Assembly (NCBI GenBank): GCA_964605735.1
Contig: CAZSDS010000001.1
Location: 262,771 to 326,770 of the forward strand
Direction of reading: 5' to 3'
Length of the DNA stretch: 64,000 nucleotides
Source of the DNA: an uncultured Candidatus Saccharibacteria bacterium
Lineage (GTDB): Bacteria > Patescibacteriota > Doudnabacteria > UBA920 > O2-02-FULL-48-8
Each line of letters begins with the position of its first letter. Position 1 is the stretch's first letter. Of this stretch, positions 45,539 through 54,941 are shown one piece after another. Below the pieces are notes generated by a model. The model made no database searches, was not told the origin of the DNA, and saw nothing but the letters and a program-made list of their open reading frames with translations. A program made the translations under genes and the position numbers.

Positions 45539-45580
45539 ATCCAATCAAAACCAACAACAAACTCAACGGAGGACAGTTTA

Positions 45581-46303
45581 ATGCCAACTAGAGAAGAGTT
45601 GCAAGTTATGATCGATCAGGCTGTGGAGCAGCGCGAAAACGGCGCCACACGAACGGCACTTGATGCACTGGAAACTGTGGCAGAAACCGCAGACGAGCAA
45701 AAGGAGTACAGATTGTCATGTGAGGCCAGAATCCATGCTGTGATTTGTTTACAGCATCTGGCAGACCTGGGCATAATCCATTACATCGATGTGGCCAACA
45801 AAGCCTATTACGGCCTGCATTACAGCTTGGCGCACCAGCCTGAATGCTCTGATGCAAAAAAGCATTTCCTGTACCGACTGGGTGTAGCGCGGTTCATGAT
45901 GCAGGACTACCGCAAAGCCGCCGAATACCTTACAGCAGCAATGGCCCTCATCACCGAGGACAGCCCGGAATTTGTGGAGTTCGCCAGCTATTGGGGACTT
46001 ACTGCTCTTCTTGCCGGGAACGAGAACACAGGAACAAAGTTCCTGTTAAAAGCCTTGGAGAAATTCCGCGCAAGCATGGCGCTTGAGAATCCCCCTTACG
46101 AACCCTGGCATGCCAAAATCATTGAGTGCGGCCTCTGCATGAAATTAGCCATGGCAACTCATGCCACGGAAGGCCCTGCTGACACGCGAACGGACTACAT
46201 GCTCAAGGCAAAATACCTGGCACAGCAGTTACAAGACTCAGGCAGGCCCATGCGCATGGTGCAATACCGGAAGCTGGCCATAAAGCTGAATTTCGATCAG
46301 TAA
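45581..46303 (+). CDS. Hypothetical alpha-helical protein, moderately GC-elevated (~52%)
   Basis: A 240-aa monocistronic unit between two terminators; no family recognised. Confidence 0.6.
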   Translation: MPTREELQVMIDQAVEQRENGATRTALDALETVAETADEQKEYRLSCEARIHAVICLQHLADLGIIHYIDVANKAYYGLHYSLAHQPECSDAKKHFLYRLGVARFMMQDYRKAAEYLTAAMALITEDSPEFVEFASYWGLTALLAGNENTGTKFLLKALEKFRASMALENPPYEPWHAKIIECGLCMKLAMATHATEGPADTRTDYMLKAKYLAQQLQDSGRPMRMVQYRKLAIKLNFDQ

Positions 46304-46330
46304 TCACTCAGCAGAAAATTGAGTTCTTAC

Positions 46331-46359
46331 GGAAGGATTAACCATCCTTCCTTTTTTTG
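46331..46359 (+). terminator. Intrinsic terminator
   Basis: A GGAAGGAT/ATCCTTCC stem followed by a T7 run. Confidence 0.8.
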
Positions 46360-46406
46360 TTTAAAAAAACAACCTTTTTTCAAAAGATTGTTTTTGCTCA
46401 GACAAA

Positions 46407-47963
46407 TTATCTTCCAGAATCCATAACAGCGGGGGCTGCAGGCTCTGTGACACCGCTGCTTCCAGCCGGCATGATTCGCACATTACCATTTTCATTGTCC
46501 AGGATTTCCTTTACCAGCGGAATGACAACGTTCTTGCGGTACCAATAATAGGCCGGAACATTTTCAGGTTCTTTGGTAACCGGGAAAATCAAAGCAGGGA
46601 CCAGGAGTTCTTCGTTGGTGCCGTCGCGGTAGTTCCAAAGCTTAACCATGGAAACCTGCGGCGTTCCCAGCTCAACGTCAACGGTTCGGCCATTTGGGTC
46701 ATTGTAATAATAGTTGCGAAAACCTCCTTGCGTGACCAGTTTCATTATGCGCTCCACGTCAGTCTCCGCGGCGTAGGAGGAGCTTTCGTAATTTTGGGTG
46801 TTCAAATCCCAAACCCCGCTTACACGAACCTCAGGTGCAATTCTGACGTTTACATTCAAGCCGTTTGGGTTACCTGATTCGTCAAACACTGGCTGGCCTT
46901 CAATAACAAGAGGATAAACCACACTCATGGAATCAGGAATCCAGAAACTTGCTTTCTCTGCAGCAGACATTCGTTCATACTGGCTGCGCCATTCCTTGTT
47001 TACAAACGGCTCACCATAAACGTCCCTGGGGATTCCATGTTGGTCCAGGAAGGAGTTAGCCGCGCTGATCAAAACTTCGTCAGAAGGAACTTGTGAAATT
47101 TCTATCCTTCTTGGCTCGCAAGGCATGCTTGTCCCACGATCAACTGACAACGAAAGCGGACACACAGCCTGATAAGTCTGCCACTTTGCCCAATTTTCGC
47201 TGATGCTGATATTGCCTTCACTCAAGCTGACATTGACCATGTAGCCCAATTCCTTGTTTTCAGCAAAGGTAAAATTCTGAAGCTGGGCACTGCCAAAGCT
47301 GTTCAAGTTCACCAGTCCAAAACTAATTCGGTTGATGAAATCAGACAAAGCGCTGTTGCTTTCGCCCTTGATACGCTTCAACACGTCAACTTTTTCCTGG
47401 GTCAAAGCCAGTTCATCGCCTGTATAAATGTATCTGAAATTAATTGCCTGTTCAGGAGCAATCACTCTTGCGTCAGGAGTTGCATAAGTGCCGTTGTCTG
47501 GCGCCGGAGCCGCGTTAGGAGCGACAGAAAGAGTTTCTGAGTTGCCATTGCCCCCACCCATTCCGCCGGCCTGTTGGAGATTGTTTAATGAACCAAAAGC
47601 GTTATCACGAGCTTTGGTGATCTTGGGACCTGACAACATTGTGGTCAGGTTGGAGTGGGAAGAATCATTGATGCCGTACAAGTACCAAACGCTAACTGCA
47701 AGCAGGGCAATGAAAGCCACTCCTGCCCCAGCAAGCTGGAATTTTTTCATAAAATTTGAAATTAATGATGTTTTGTGTTCTTGGGTTTCAGCCAGACTCA
47801 TCAGCTTTCGCCTCAAGTCCTGTCTAAATTGTTCGTCGAACTGAGTATCCGGACGTAATTCCATCAACTCAGTCACGAGCTTGCGTAAAACAGGTTCGTG
47901 CTGTTTCATGGACGGATCGCTCAGGTAGAGTTCCGCAAGGATTTGTTCAATTTTGTTCTGCAT
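46407..47963 (-). CDS. Anti-sigma factor with single TM helix and large (~400 aa) extracytoplasmic domain
   Basis: It lies immediately downstream of the ECF sigma gene. The N-terminal cytoplasmic helix region is followed by a TM helix (AGAGVAFIALLAVSVWYLY). ATG 47963 is preferred over the TTG at 47990. Confidence 0.6.
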   Translation of the reverse strand: MQNKIEQILAELYLSDPSMKQHEPVLRKLVTELMELRPDTQFDEQFRQDLRRKLMSLAETQEHKTSLISNFMKKFQLAGAGVAFIALLAVSVWYLYGINDSSHSNLTTMLSGPKITKARDNAFGSLNNLQQAGGMGGGNGNSETLSVAPNAAPAPDNGTYATPDARVIAPEQAINFRYIYTGDELALTQEKVDVLKRIKGESNSALSDFINRISFGLVNLNSFGSAQLQNFTFAENKELGYMVNVSLSEGNISISENWAKWQTYQAVCPLSLSVDRGTSMPCEPRRIEISQVPSDEVLISAANSFLDQHGIPRDVYGEPFVNKEWRSQYERMSAAEKASFWIPDSMSVVYPLVIEGQPVFDESGNPNGLNVNVRIAPEVRVSGVWDLNTQNYESSSYAAETDVERIMKLVTQGGFRNYYYNDPNGRTVDVELGTPQVSMVKLWNYRDGTNEELLVPALIFPVTKEPENVPAYYWYRKNVVIPLVKEILDNENGNVRIMPAGSSGVTEPAAPAVMDSGR

Positions 47964-47967
47964 AGAT

Positions 47968-48537
47968 TTAAATGTATGGGTTAAGGACAAAAATGACGTA
48001 CAACAGAATCGGCAACAATTCTTTTTGCATTTTTTGCATGATTCTGCTGAATATGACTTTGCAGTTCCCTTCCGTCTTGCCGGTCAGGGCAGAAATTTCA
48101 GCATAACTCAGCCCATCCCACAGGCGCATAATTACGATATCCCGCTGTTCCTCACTTAATTGATTCAAGTAAGTTTTGACCTGGTCCAGCCTGTCCCTGA
48201 TTTCCGCCTCTCCCGCTACGTTATCCCGGGAAGGGGCATTGGCAGCTGCCTCAAGGTCAACAGTGGATTTGGAGGTGCGCATGTGGTCAATGACCGTATT
48301 TCGGGCAATTCGATACAGCCAGCTGCTGAACACGCCGCTGGAGCCTTTGAATGAATTTATATTTTGAAAGGCTTTTGTAAACGTGACGCTGGTCAAGTCT
48401 TCCGCAGTCTGCTTGTGACTCGTGCGATAGTAGATGAAGTCGTAAATCTTTTTGACGTAAATGTCATACAGATCAGCGAATGCATCCATGTCGCCTTTTT
48501 GGCATCGTTCGATTGCAGCCAGTTCTCGATTGTCCAT
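47968..48537 (-). CDS. ECF-family RNA polymerase sigma factor (sigma-70 region 2 plus region 4)
   Basis: Region 2 FADLYDIYVKKIYDFIYYRT...SWLYRIARNTVIDHMR, and region 4 YAEISALTGKTEGNCKVIFSRIMQKM. Confidence 0.88.
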   Translation of the reverse strand: MDNRELAAIERCQKGDMDAFADLYDIYVKKIYDFIYYRTSHKQTAEDLTSVTFTKAFQNINSFKGSSGVFSSWLYRIARNTVIDHMRTSKSTVDLEAAANAPSRDNVAGEAEIRDRLDQVKTYLNQLSEEQRDIVIMRLWDGLSYAEISALTGKTEGNCKVIFSRIMQKMQKELLPILLYVIFVLNPYI

Positions 48538-48699
48538 GCAATTTAGACTTTGTTGATTAATGCTTCAAAAACTGGTTCGTTTCGCGAATACGAAGCAGTT
48601 ATCCACACTAAGCATACAGTATTTGGAATTTGGAAGAAAATCTCTTCCGTTCCCATTAATAAATACGAATTTGGGGTTTAAAGGTAACACCCGTCACGC

Positions 48700-50328
48700 C
48701 TATTTTGCCTGCGCGAAATCAAAAGTTTCAGCCTTCAAATCAGTTTTAATCGGCAGAGTCACAACAAATGTAGTGCCTTTGTTCAAACCCTTGCTTTCCG
48801 CCCATATTTTGCCCTTGTGGTACTCGACAACAACTTTGGCCACGTAAAGGCCAAGTCCGAGACCATCCGAATCTTTTTTGGACTGGCGTCCGCGGCCATA
48901 TTTTTCAAAAATTGCCTTAAGCTCTTCCCGCGCAATACCTTTGCCGCGATCCTTTATCTTGATAATAAAATCTGTGGTGTTTTTTGTCAGCTCAATGTTA
49001 ATCTTGCCGGCTTTGGAGTATTTGATGGCGTTGTCTATGAGGTTATTGATGACTTGAGCAAGTTTCTCCTTGTCTGCCAGAAAGTGAGGAAAAGTTTGCT
49101 TTGGTTTGCGCCAGACAAGTTCAATATTTTTGAGACTTGCTTGCGGAACCAGCTGCATGACCACGTTATCCACCAACTTAATCAGGTCTGACTCTTCAAA
49201 AATAAATTCCATCTTGCCTCGTTCAATGCGTGAAGCGTTCAGCATGTCATCTATCAGTCCTATTAAGTTGTTGTTTGTAACCTGGGCTTTGGTTAACGCG
49301 TCCTTGATCTTTGGCGTTACCTTTCCATAATCACCGGAAAGTACAGCGGCCAGATACCACTTGATTGTTGCCGGCGGGGTTCGCAACTGGTGTGATGCGA
49401 CTGAAATAAATTCCGCGCGTGCTTTGTCCAGAGCCTGAAGCCTCTCATTAGCGTAAGCTAATTCATCAGAAAGGATTTGGAGTTGTTCTCTTTGTTTAAC
49501 TTCTCTCAAAACACTTCTAATTAAAAATACGGAAAATGCCGCAATGAGAACTGCTAAAAACGTCTGAACTATTTGTTCTTGTAGATTTCTGGCCAACAAA
49601 ATTTGCCAAATACTCGCCACTATAAGCACAAAAGACAGCAACTCAGTAGAAATCACTTTTACATTTAAGAACTGATACCTAAGAATCGCAAATGCCGCTC
49701 CAAAAAACAAAGGTAAAATAAAAAGCGATGAATAATTAACAAAAGTAGTGTCATTAAGAAACACTACACTGATAAAAACTAACCCAAAAATGAGAATATA
49801 GGTAGTTGTTAACCCAAAAGATATGGAAAGCCACTGTTTCCTTTCCAAACCCTTGGCTTTTAGGTACTTCCTAACTATCAAATAGAAAGTGTATATCGAA
49901 AGTCCTATCAGCATTGCCGCAAAAAATCCGATCATTGCTCCTGGGACTGGTTCGGCTTGGCCGTTGGCTATCTCGACAGTCTTGAATACATATGGAGTCA
50001 TAGCTAAAAGCATAAGCATATACATGACTGCCATATGAAAGTTTAGTACTTTATTTGGGATAGCCAATTCTTTATTCGGGAAATTAGCAACAAATAAATA
50101 GAACAAAAAGACATGTGGTACAGCAAAAAATATGACAGCGCGAATCCAGAATAAGGCGCTTTCTGCCGGGACGGTAACTGAAACATAGTTAACCATTGAC
50201 CACGCAGCAATCACCAACGAATAAAGGAAGAAAATTCGATTGGTTACGTTCTTTTTATTATGGAAATACACCAGGAACCCAAGGAAAAGGAGTATTTCAG
50301 TTGTCAGTAAACTAAGGAATAAGATCAT
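48700..50328 (-). CDS. Sensor histidine kinase with 6-7 N-terminal TM helices
   Basis: H-box ISVASHQLRTP, N-box NLIDNAIKYS, and G-boxes DRGKGI and GLGLGLYVAK. Confidence 0.9.
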   Translation of the reverse strand: MILFLSLLTTEILLFLGFLVYFHNKKNVTNRIFFLYSLVIAAWSMVNYVSVTVPAESALFWIRAVIFFAVPHVFLFYLFVANFPNKELAIPNKVLNFHMAVMYMLMLLAMTPYVFKTVEIANGQAEPVPGAMIGFFAAMLIGLSIYTFYLIVRKYLKAKGLERKQWLSISFGLTTTYILIFGLVFISVVFLNDTTFVNYSSLFILPLFFGAAFAILRYQFLNVKVISTELLSFVLIVASIWQILLARNLQEQIVQTFLAVLIAAFSVFLIRSVLREVKQREQLQILSDELAYANERLQALDKARAEFISVASHQLRTPPATIKWYLAAVLSGDYGKVTPKIKDALTKAQVTNNNLIGLIDDMLNASRIERGKMEFIFEESDLIKLVDNVVMQLVPQASLKNIELVWRKPKQTFPHFLADKEKLAQVINNLIDNAIKYSKAGKINIELTKNTTDFIIKIKDRGKGIAREELKAIFEKYGRGRQSKKDSDGLGLGLYVAKVVVEYHKGKIWAESKGLNKGTTFVVTLPIKTDLKAETFDFAQAK

Positions 50329-50356
50329 CTTTTATTTTTCTTTTTTTTAGTTCGGA

Positions 50357-51844
50357 TTATTTCTTAAGCCACTGTTGTTTTACCCCTGGCTTGAAATACA
50401 TTTCATCGTTATACGGCCAAAAGAATATTCGCGGCCTTGTTCGCTTTTCTTCAAGCAGGCTTGCTAATTCCCTATACTCAGAATTTTCTTTCAGTAACCT
50501 TTTGACTACAGCATGGAGGATTACATCGCTAAGTTTTTTGCTGCTTTTTCCTTTAGGCTTAAGCTCAATGTTAAGCTTGAGAAATTGGTTGTTTTTTTCA
50601 TCGTAGGCGGTTTCCATACTGAATTTCCCTGTCACGTGTTTCAAAATGTGGGCGTCTTCAATAGCTCGTTTAATACTTTGAGGATAAATTTGAAGGCCAT
50701 ACAAAGTAACGGAAAAATCAGACCTCTCAAAAACATAGACGAAAGGCAACGGTGACAATTTAATACCTAATTTTTTAGCTTCCTTGTTCAGATCAATTCC
50801 ATGATTCTTAAACATTGCAGCAATCTCAGTAAGGGTATAAGTTCCACCGTTATCACCTATTTGGTATCTGCAAATTGGCATAGCGCTATCTGCGGTGATC
50901 AGCAGTCCACCCTCTTGTTCCTCAAAAGCAATAAACTCTGGATTATATTGGGCAAGAGTTGGCAATTTCGTCTTTGAGAACATCTGATCAAGAATATGCG
51001 GATGCTGCACGGCCAATTTTCTTATGAGGATGCTGGTCGGCGTTTCAAAAGCCATTGCTCCTAATTCAGCAGAACCATAAATATTTAAGGTATCCGAATA
51101 GATATTCCTGACATGAGCCGCCTTAGCAATATGCTCTCTAAACCCTTCAGTGAATGATTCTGCCGCAAACACAAATCTGCAATTCCAAGATTTCAGATCC
51201 ACTCCTTCAATTTCTGCCTCATCAACAATGTCCTTAAGAAATGGGGGGTAACCTGTAAAAATTAGATTCTTGTAAGAGGGCGCCATCTCTCTTAGGCAAT
51301 TAAATATTTCCTTTTTATTTATCCCTGGAGTTACAATCGACAACTGCTGTCCACGGTTTGCGGCCTCATAAAATGCTTGATAGGTTATCATCCCGCCTAT
51401 CCAAATTCCCATACCAAAGCAGTTTATCAGTAGCGTTGGACCAGGATAGCCATTTTGCAAAAAATACTCCGCTAAAATTGAATACTGCCAATCAAGAGTT
51501 TTACTCCTCAAAAAATAGGTAGGTTTGCCTGTTGAGCCTGAAGTTGAAGTGCCAACCAATGCTCCCGATTCATGCAGAGTTGGCCAGAGTTTGTCAGGCA
51601 AGGGATATTGCCTGAAATAATTTGATTTTGTTACACTGGGGAGGTTCTCAAAATCTTCGTATTTATTTATTTTTTCAGGATTTACCTTGTTTGTTTTAAG
51701 AAACTTTTTATAGGCTGGCACCGCCTTAGCCATCTTCTGGAAAAGTCCCAAACTCCTTTTTTGTTGCCATTTCAACAAAACAGAATCAAGAGTCTGGTCA
51801 GAAAGTTTTAAGGCATTTTTATGATTAATTTTCTTTTTAGGCAT
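50357..51844 (-). CDS. PaaK-like adenylate-forming enzyme (phenylacetate-CoA ligase / F390-synthetase / CapK-LuxE family)
   Basis: AMP-binding P-loop TSTSGSTGKPTY and the N-terminal PaaK-type domain arrangement. Confidence 0.75.
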   Translation of the reverse strand: MPKKKINHKNALKLSDQTLDSVLLKWQQKRSLGLFQKMAKAVPAYKKFLKTNKVNPEKINKYEDFENLPSVTKSNYFRQYPLPDKLWPTLHESGALVGTSTSGSTGKPTYFLRSKTLDWQYSILAEYFLQNGYPGPTLLINCFGMGIWIGGMITYQAFYEAANRGQQLSIVTPGINKKEIFNCLREMAPSYKNLIFTGYPPFLKDIVDEAEIEGVDLKSWNCRFVFAAESFTEGFREHIAKAAHVRNIYSDTLNIYGSAELGAMAFETPTSILIRKLAVQHPHILDQMFSKTKLPTLAQYNPEFIAFEEQEGGLLITADSAMPICRYQIGDNGGTYTLTEIAAMFKNHGIDLNKEAKKLGIKLSPLPFVYVFERSDFSVTLYGLQIYPQSIKRAIEDAHILKHVTGKFSMETAYDEKNNQFLKLNIELKPKGKSSKKLSDVILHAVVKRLLKENSEYRELASLLEEKRTRPRIFFWPYNDEMYFKPGVKQQWLKK

Positions 51845-52871
51845 TGTTGTAAATTCTTTCTGCCATTTCTATGGCAATTGTGTTAGGGTTTTTTTTCTTT
51901 TTTTTGGAAAAGATTAGTATTCGTTTTAATACCTTATCAATATCAGTAATATGTTTGAGAACTCTCCCAGGGTTGTACCCTCCCGGCAATAATTCATCAG
52001 CGACATTCATTAGTCCGCCGGCGTTCGCCACAAAATCAGGAATATACAAAATTTTCCGTTTCACCAATTTTTCCCCTATGCCAGGATTTGCGAGCTGATT
52101 ATTAGCCGTGCCACAAATCATTTTTGCATTAATTTCCGATATATTTTTCTCGGTCACCTCATTTCCAAGCGCACACGGGCTATACACGGTCACAGGGAGT
52201 TTATGCACTGAACGGAACGACACGATATTAATAAAGGGATATTTTTTCTTAATGTATTTTAATCGGTGATGATCCTTGTCCGCAACAGCAATATTCTTAG
52301 TATGTTGAGATAATAAATGTAGTAAATGAGAACCAGTTTTCCCTACGCCTTTTATTGCTACTGAAACATTCTTTATAGGCTTGTTTAAATGTTTAAGTCC
52401 GGTTTTTAAACAAATATAGCAACTTTCCGCGGCATAGACTGATGGATCTCCAGCTTTGCCTGTCTTGCCTATGAAGAACGGAGACACAGTTAGCATATAT
52501 TGCACATCTGACTCCGCCAACCCAACATCTTCTCCGGTATAAAATTTGCCATTCAAGTGTTTTATTACAAGCGCGTACTCATACAAAATCTCTTTGAAAT
52601 TCTTATCATACGGGTCCGCCATTATCACACCCTTGCCGCCACCAAAAGGTAAGCCTGAAACGGCACACTTATAAGTCATGGCGTGTGATAACCGTAGCAC
52701 ATCTTTAAGAGCTTCCTTTTTGCTTTTATAAGGGAAGATGCGGGTTCCTCCAACAGCAGGACCTAAATTAGTGTTGTGTATCGCAATATACCCTTTTAAT
52801 TTCTTGCTGTGTACGGATAAATCAAGAATTATCTCATGGTGGTCGTACTCAGGCAATGACTCATATTTCAT
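51837..52871 (-). CDS. Glu/Leu/Phe/Val-family amino-acid dehydrogenase (leucine/phenylalanine dehydrogenase-like)
   Basis: Catalytic Lys region GGGKGVI and the Rossmann motif IKGVGKTGSHL. Confidence 0.78.
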   Translation of the reverse strand: MKYESLPEYDHHEIILDLSVHSKKLKGYIAIHNTNLGPAVGGTRIFPYKSKKEALKDVLRLSHAMTYKCAVSGLPFGGGKGVIMADPYDKNFKEILYEYALVIKHLNGKFYTGEDVGLAESDVQYMLTVSPFFIGKTGKAGDPSVYAAESCYICLKTGLKHLNKPIKNVSVAIKGVGKTGSHLLHLLSQHTKNIAVADKDHHRLKYIKKKYPFINIVSFRSVHKLPVTVYSPCALGNEVTEKNISEINAKMICGTANNQLANPGIGEKLVKRKILYIPDFVANAGGLMNVADELLPGGYNPGRVLKHITDIDKVLKRILIFSKKKKKNPNTIAIEMAERIYNNA

Positions 52872-53926
52872 ACTAACTCTTCAAATCTGATCAATTTTCT
52901 ACCACTATCCAGTTTCTGATCCAAGCAAATCTTGCGAGCGAGGTAGGCCGCTACACCCCCACCTACAGTCACGGTGCTCATTACCTGAGGCCTGCCTACA
53001 AGGGTCTTATTTATTTCACCAATGGTTTCTATGACTCTGGTGGGGACATTTTCCCTGCCCACGATTGCCAAAGCAAATTTTTGCCTATCGTTTTCAGAAA
53101 TAGGTTTGGATAATACTTCTTCTGCAGTAGCACCGGTTAAGCCATTAAAAATTTCCGTGTTGGGGTCCTTATCATACCTTTCTACATCAATCAAAAGCCT
53201 ATCACCTAAATTTGTTAACATTATTACCGGAACTCCATATTTTCTAGCAACCATCCTGATCTTTATTTTTTGTTCAAAATCATCTATTGCCTCAAAAATC
53301 AGATTTAATTTTTTTGAACCTGCAACAAATTCTTCAATATTTTCGTCATTCAAACCCTTTCCAAATAATTCCAACTCCGCATATGGGTTGACTTCGTAAA
53401 TCTGTTCAGCAGTTATTTTACTCTTTTCCTTTCCTAGCTCATGCACACCTGAACGAACCCTGTTCAAATTGCTCAAAGATAGGGTATCAAAATCTGCTAA
53501 TTTCATATGGTTGGAAATTCCTGAGTAAGCCAAATTTAACGCCATCCCGTTTCCAATTGACAGCCCAAGCACTCCAACATTGAAGTCTTTAAGTTTTTTT
53601 TGTTCTTCAGAATTAATAATATTTTGATTTCTATTCGTCCTCACTTTTTCGTATTCTTTTTGATTCAAAATGTGTACGAGATAACCGTTCCATGGATAAT
53701 AAACCCATGTCCCATTTAGACGCCCTGGGCGGTTTTTTTCTTCAAGATATTTTGCCAACAAATCCTGATAACCAGGGTCAAATTTAAGTTGGGGGTTTTC
53801 AATATTAAAAAGCTCCTCCAACTGATTTGGGTAAGTGTCGATTTTCCTCCACACGTTATTTTCCTGCTCAACTTTTTCTAAATCATCCAAAGTATGCTCT
53901 GTTTCAGTTATTAAAATTGGCTTCAT
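52868..53926 (-). CDS. E1-like ThiF/MoeB-family adenylyltransferase with ~110-aa N-terminal extension and atypical Gly loop
   Basis: VGVLGLSIGNGMALNLAYSGI...LADFDTLSLSNLNRV matches the ThiF nucleotide-binding core, but the loop reads GxSxGxG rather than GxGxxG. Confidence 0.75.
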   Translation of the reverse strand: MKPILITETEHTLDDLEKVEQENNVWRKIDTYPNQLEELFNIENPQLKFDPGYQDLLAKYLEEKNRPGRLNGTWVYYPWNGYLVHILNQKEYEKVRTNRNQNIINSEEQKKLKDFNVGVLGLSIGNGMALNLAYSGISNHMKLADFDTLSLSNLNRVRSGVHELGKEKSKITAEQIYEVNPYAELELFGKGLNDENIEEFVAGSKKLNLIFEAIDDFEQKIKIRMVARKYGVPVIMLTNLGDRLLIDVERYDKDPNTEIFNGLTGATAEEVLSKPISENDRQKFALAIVGRENVPTRVIETIGEINKTLVGRPQVMSTVTVGGGVAAYLARKICLDQKLDSGRKLIRFEELV

Positions 53927-53930
53927 TTTT

Positions 53931-54938
53931 CTATTCGATTATTATTTTTTTAATTGGTCTCCTGGGGCTATGGAAATGCACTTTATTACAAAAACCTAAT
54001 CTGAAAAACATTTGAAGCTTTTTCTCAGTGGCCATTATTTGCTGTAAAGCTTTTCTGTGTCTGGGGCTTTCTATCCCGCCTTGCATTACCCCAATGCTTA
54101 TATTATTCTTTTCAGCTTCAACTGCAATTTTTTGGAAAGACATACCTACTTTTAACCAATCGCTTTCGGTGTCATAATCTGTCATCAATAATGCAAAGGT
54201 GGGCACATTATTTAGCATCCTTCGGTGTATCTTTACTTGGAGATTGCTGATATCGAAAAATCTCGTAAGAGATGGAAAAATCAAAGATACAAGAAAAGGC
54301 ATACCAAGGTTTTTGCCGACCAAACCTTCTTCATGCCTTCCAATTGATGGTTTTAGCCAAGGGTATAATTCCTTCCGGAAATTTTTATCCTGAAAAGCCT
54401 CTTTAATGGATTCCAAAACCACGGGCTTAATTTGTTCTTTCTGCGACCTATCAGACACAAGGTGAATACTCACCCCATGCTCGACCATATTTTTTAGCTT
54501 TAGCAAAAAGCTATCAGGTAGTGCTGTTTCCTCAAACGGAAGTCGGCTGTTATGCCTATTAATGACCGCGTTCAAGGTAACCTCATCTATATTTTTAGCC
54601 TCTAGAGAACCGTATTCAAATTTCGCTATCACGTCATGAACCTTGCTCGCCACACTAGTTTGATAAGACAATCCCAGACAGTCGGAAACCATTTTGAGAG
54701 TACCAACAACGGTACCTAGGGTTATTGCAAATTCACGGCCTTCGGTGTCGGCTACGGTCAATTTACGAGACCTGTCGGGCAATATTTCAATGGTCTTTTC
54801 TTTACAACGAAATTGCCAAGGTTGCATGTTGTGACTTGAAGGAGCTAATGACGCAAGCTGCACAAGAAAAAACAACCTATCCTGATCATTATTTAGGTTC
54901 ATGTACTCTCGTGGGCTGATCTCGCGTTTAGTTTTCAT
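53931..54938 (-). CDS. Tandem nitroreductase-fold FMN-binding protein (Acg-family / SagB-like)
   Basis: LAPSSHNMQPWQF is the nitroreductase/Acg N-terminal signature. The 335-aa length is compatible with two half-domains. Confidence 0.7.
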   Translation of the reverse strand: MKTKREISPREYMNLNNDQDRLFFLVQLASLAPSSHNMQPWQFRCKEKTIEILPDRSRKLTVADTEGREFAITLGTVVGTLKMVSDCLGLSYQTSVASKVHDVIAKFEYGSLEAKNIDEVTLNAVINRHNSRLPFEETALPDSFLLKLKNMVEHGVSIHLVSDRSQKEQIKPVVLESIKEAFQDKNFRKELYPWLKPSIGRHEEGLVGKNLGMPFLVSLIFPSLTRFFDISNLQVKIHRRMLNNVPTFALLMTDYDTESDWLKVGMSFQKIAVEAEKNNISIGVMQGGIESPRHRKALQQIMATEKKLQMFFRLGFCNKVHFHSPRRPIKKIIIE

Positions 54939-54941
54939 TGT

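Noticed and set aside
48538-48699. Canonical ECF autoregulatory promoter (GGAAC-N16-CGT) upstream of the sigma factor gene
   Set aside because: A GGAAC is present at about 48640 on the minus strand, but the spacing to any CGT-type -10 does not fit. Only the TTCGCGAA palindrome and a short hairpin could be documented.
52868-54938. Interpreting the ThiF-like plus nitroreductase pair as a complete TOMM (azoline/azole RiPP) cyclodehydratase/dehydrogenase system
   Set aside because: No YcaO-domain gene and no plausible precursor peptide ORF were found within the operon or its flanks. The resemblance is kept only as a partial analogy in the findings.
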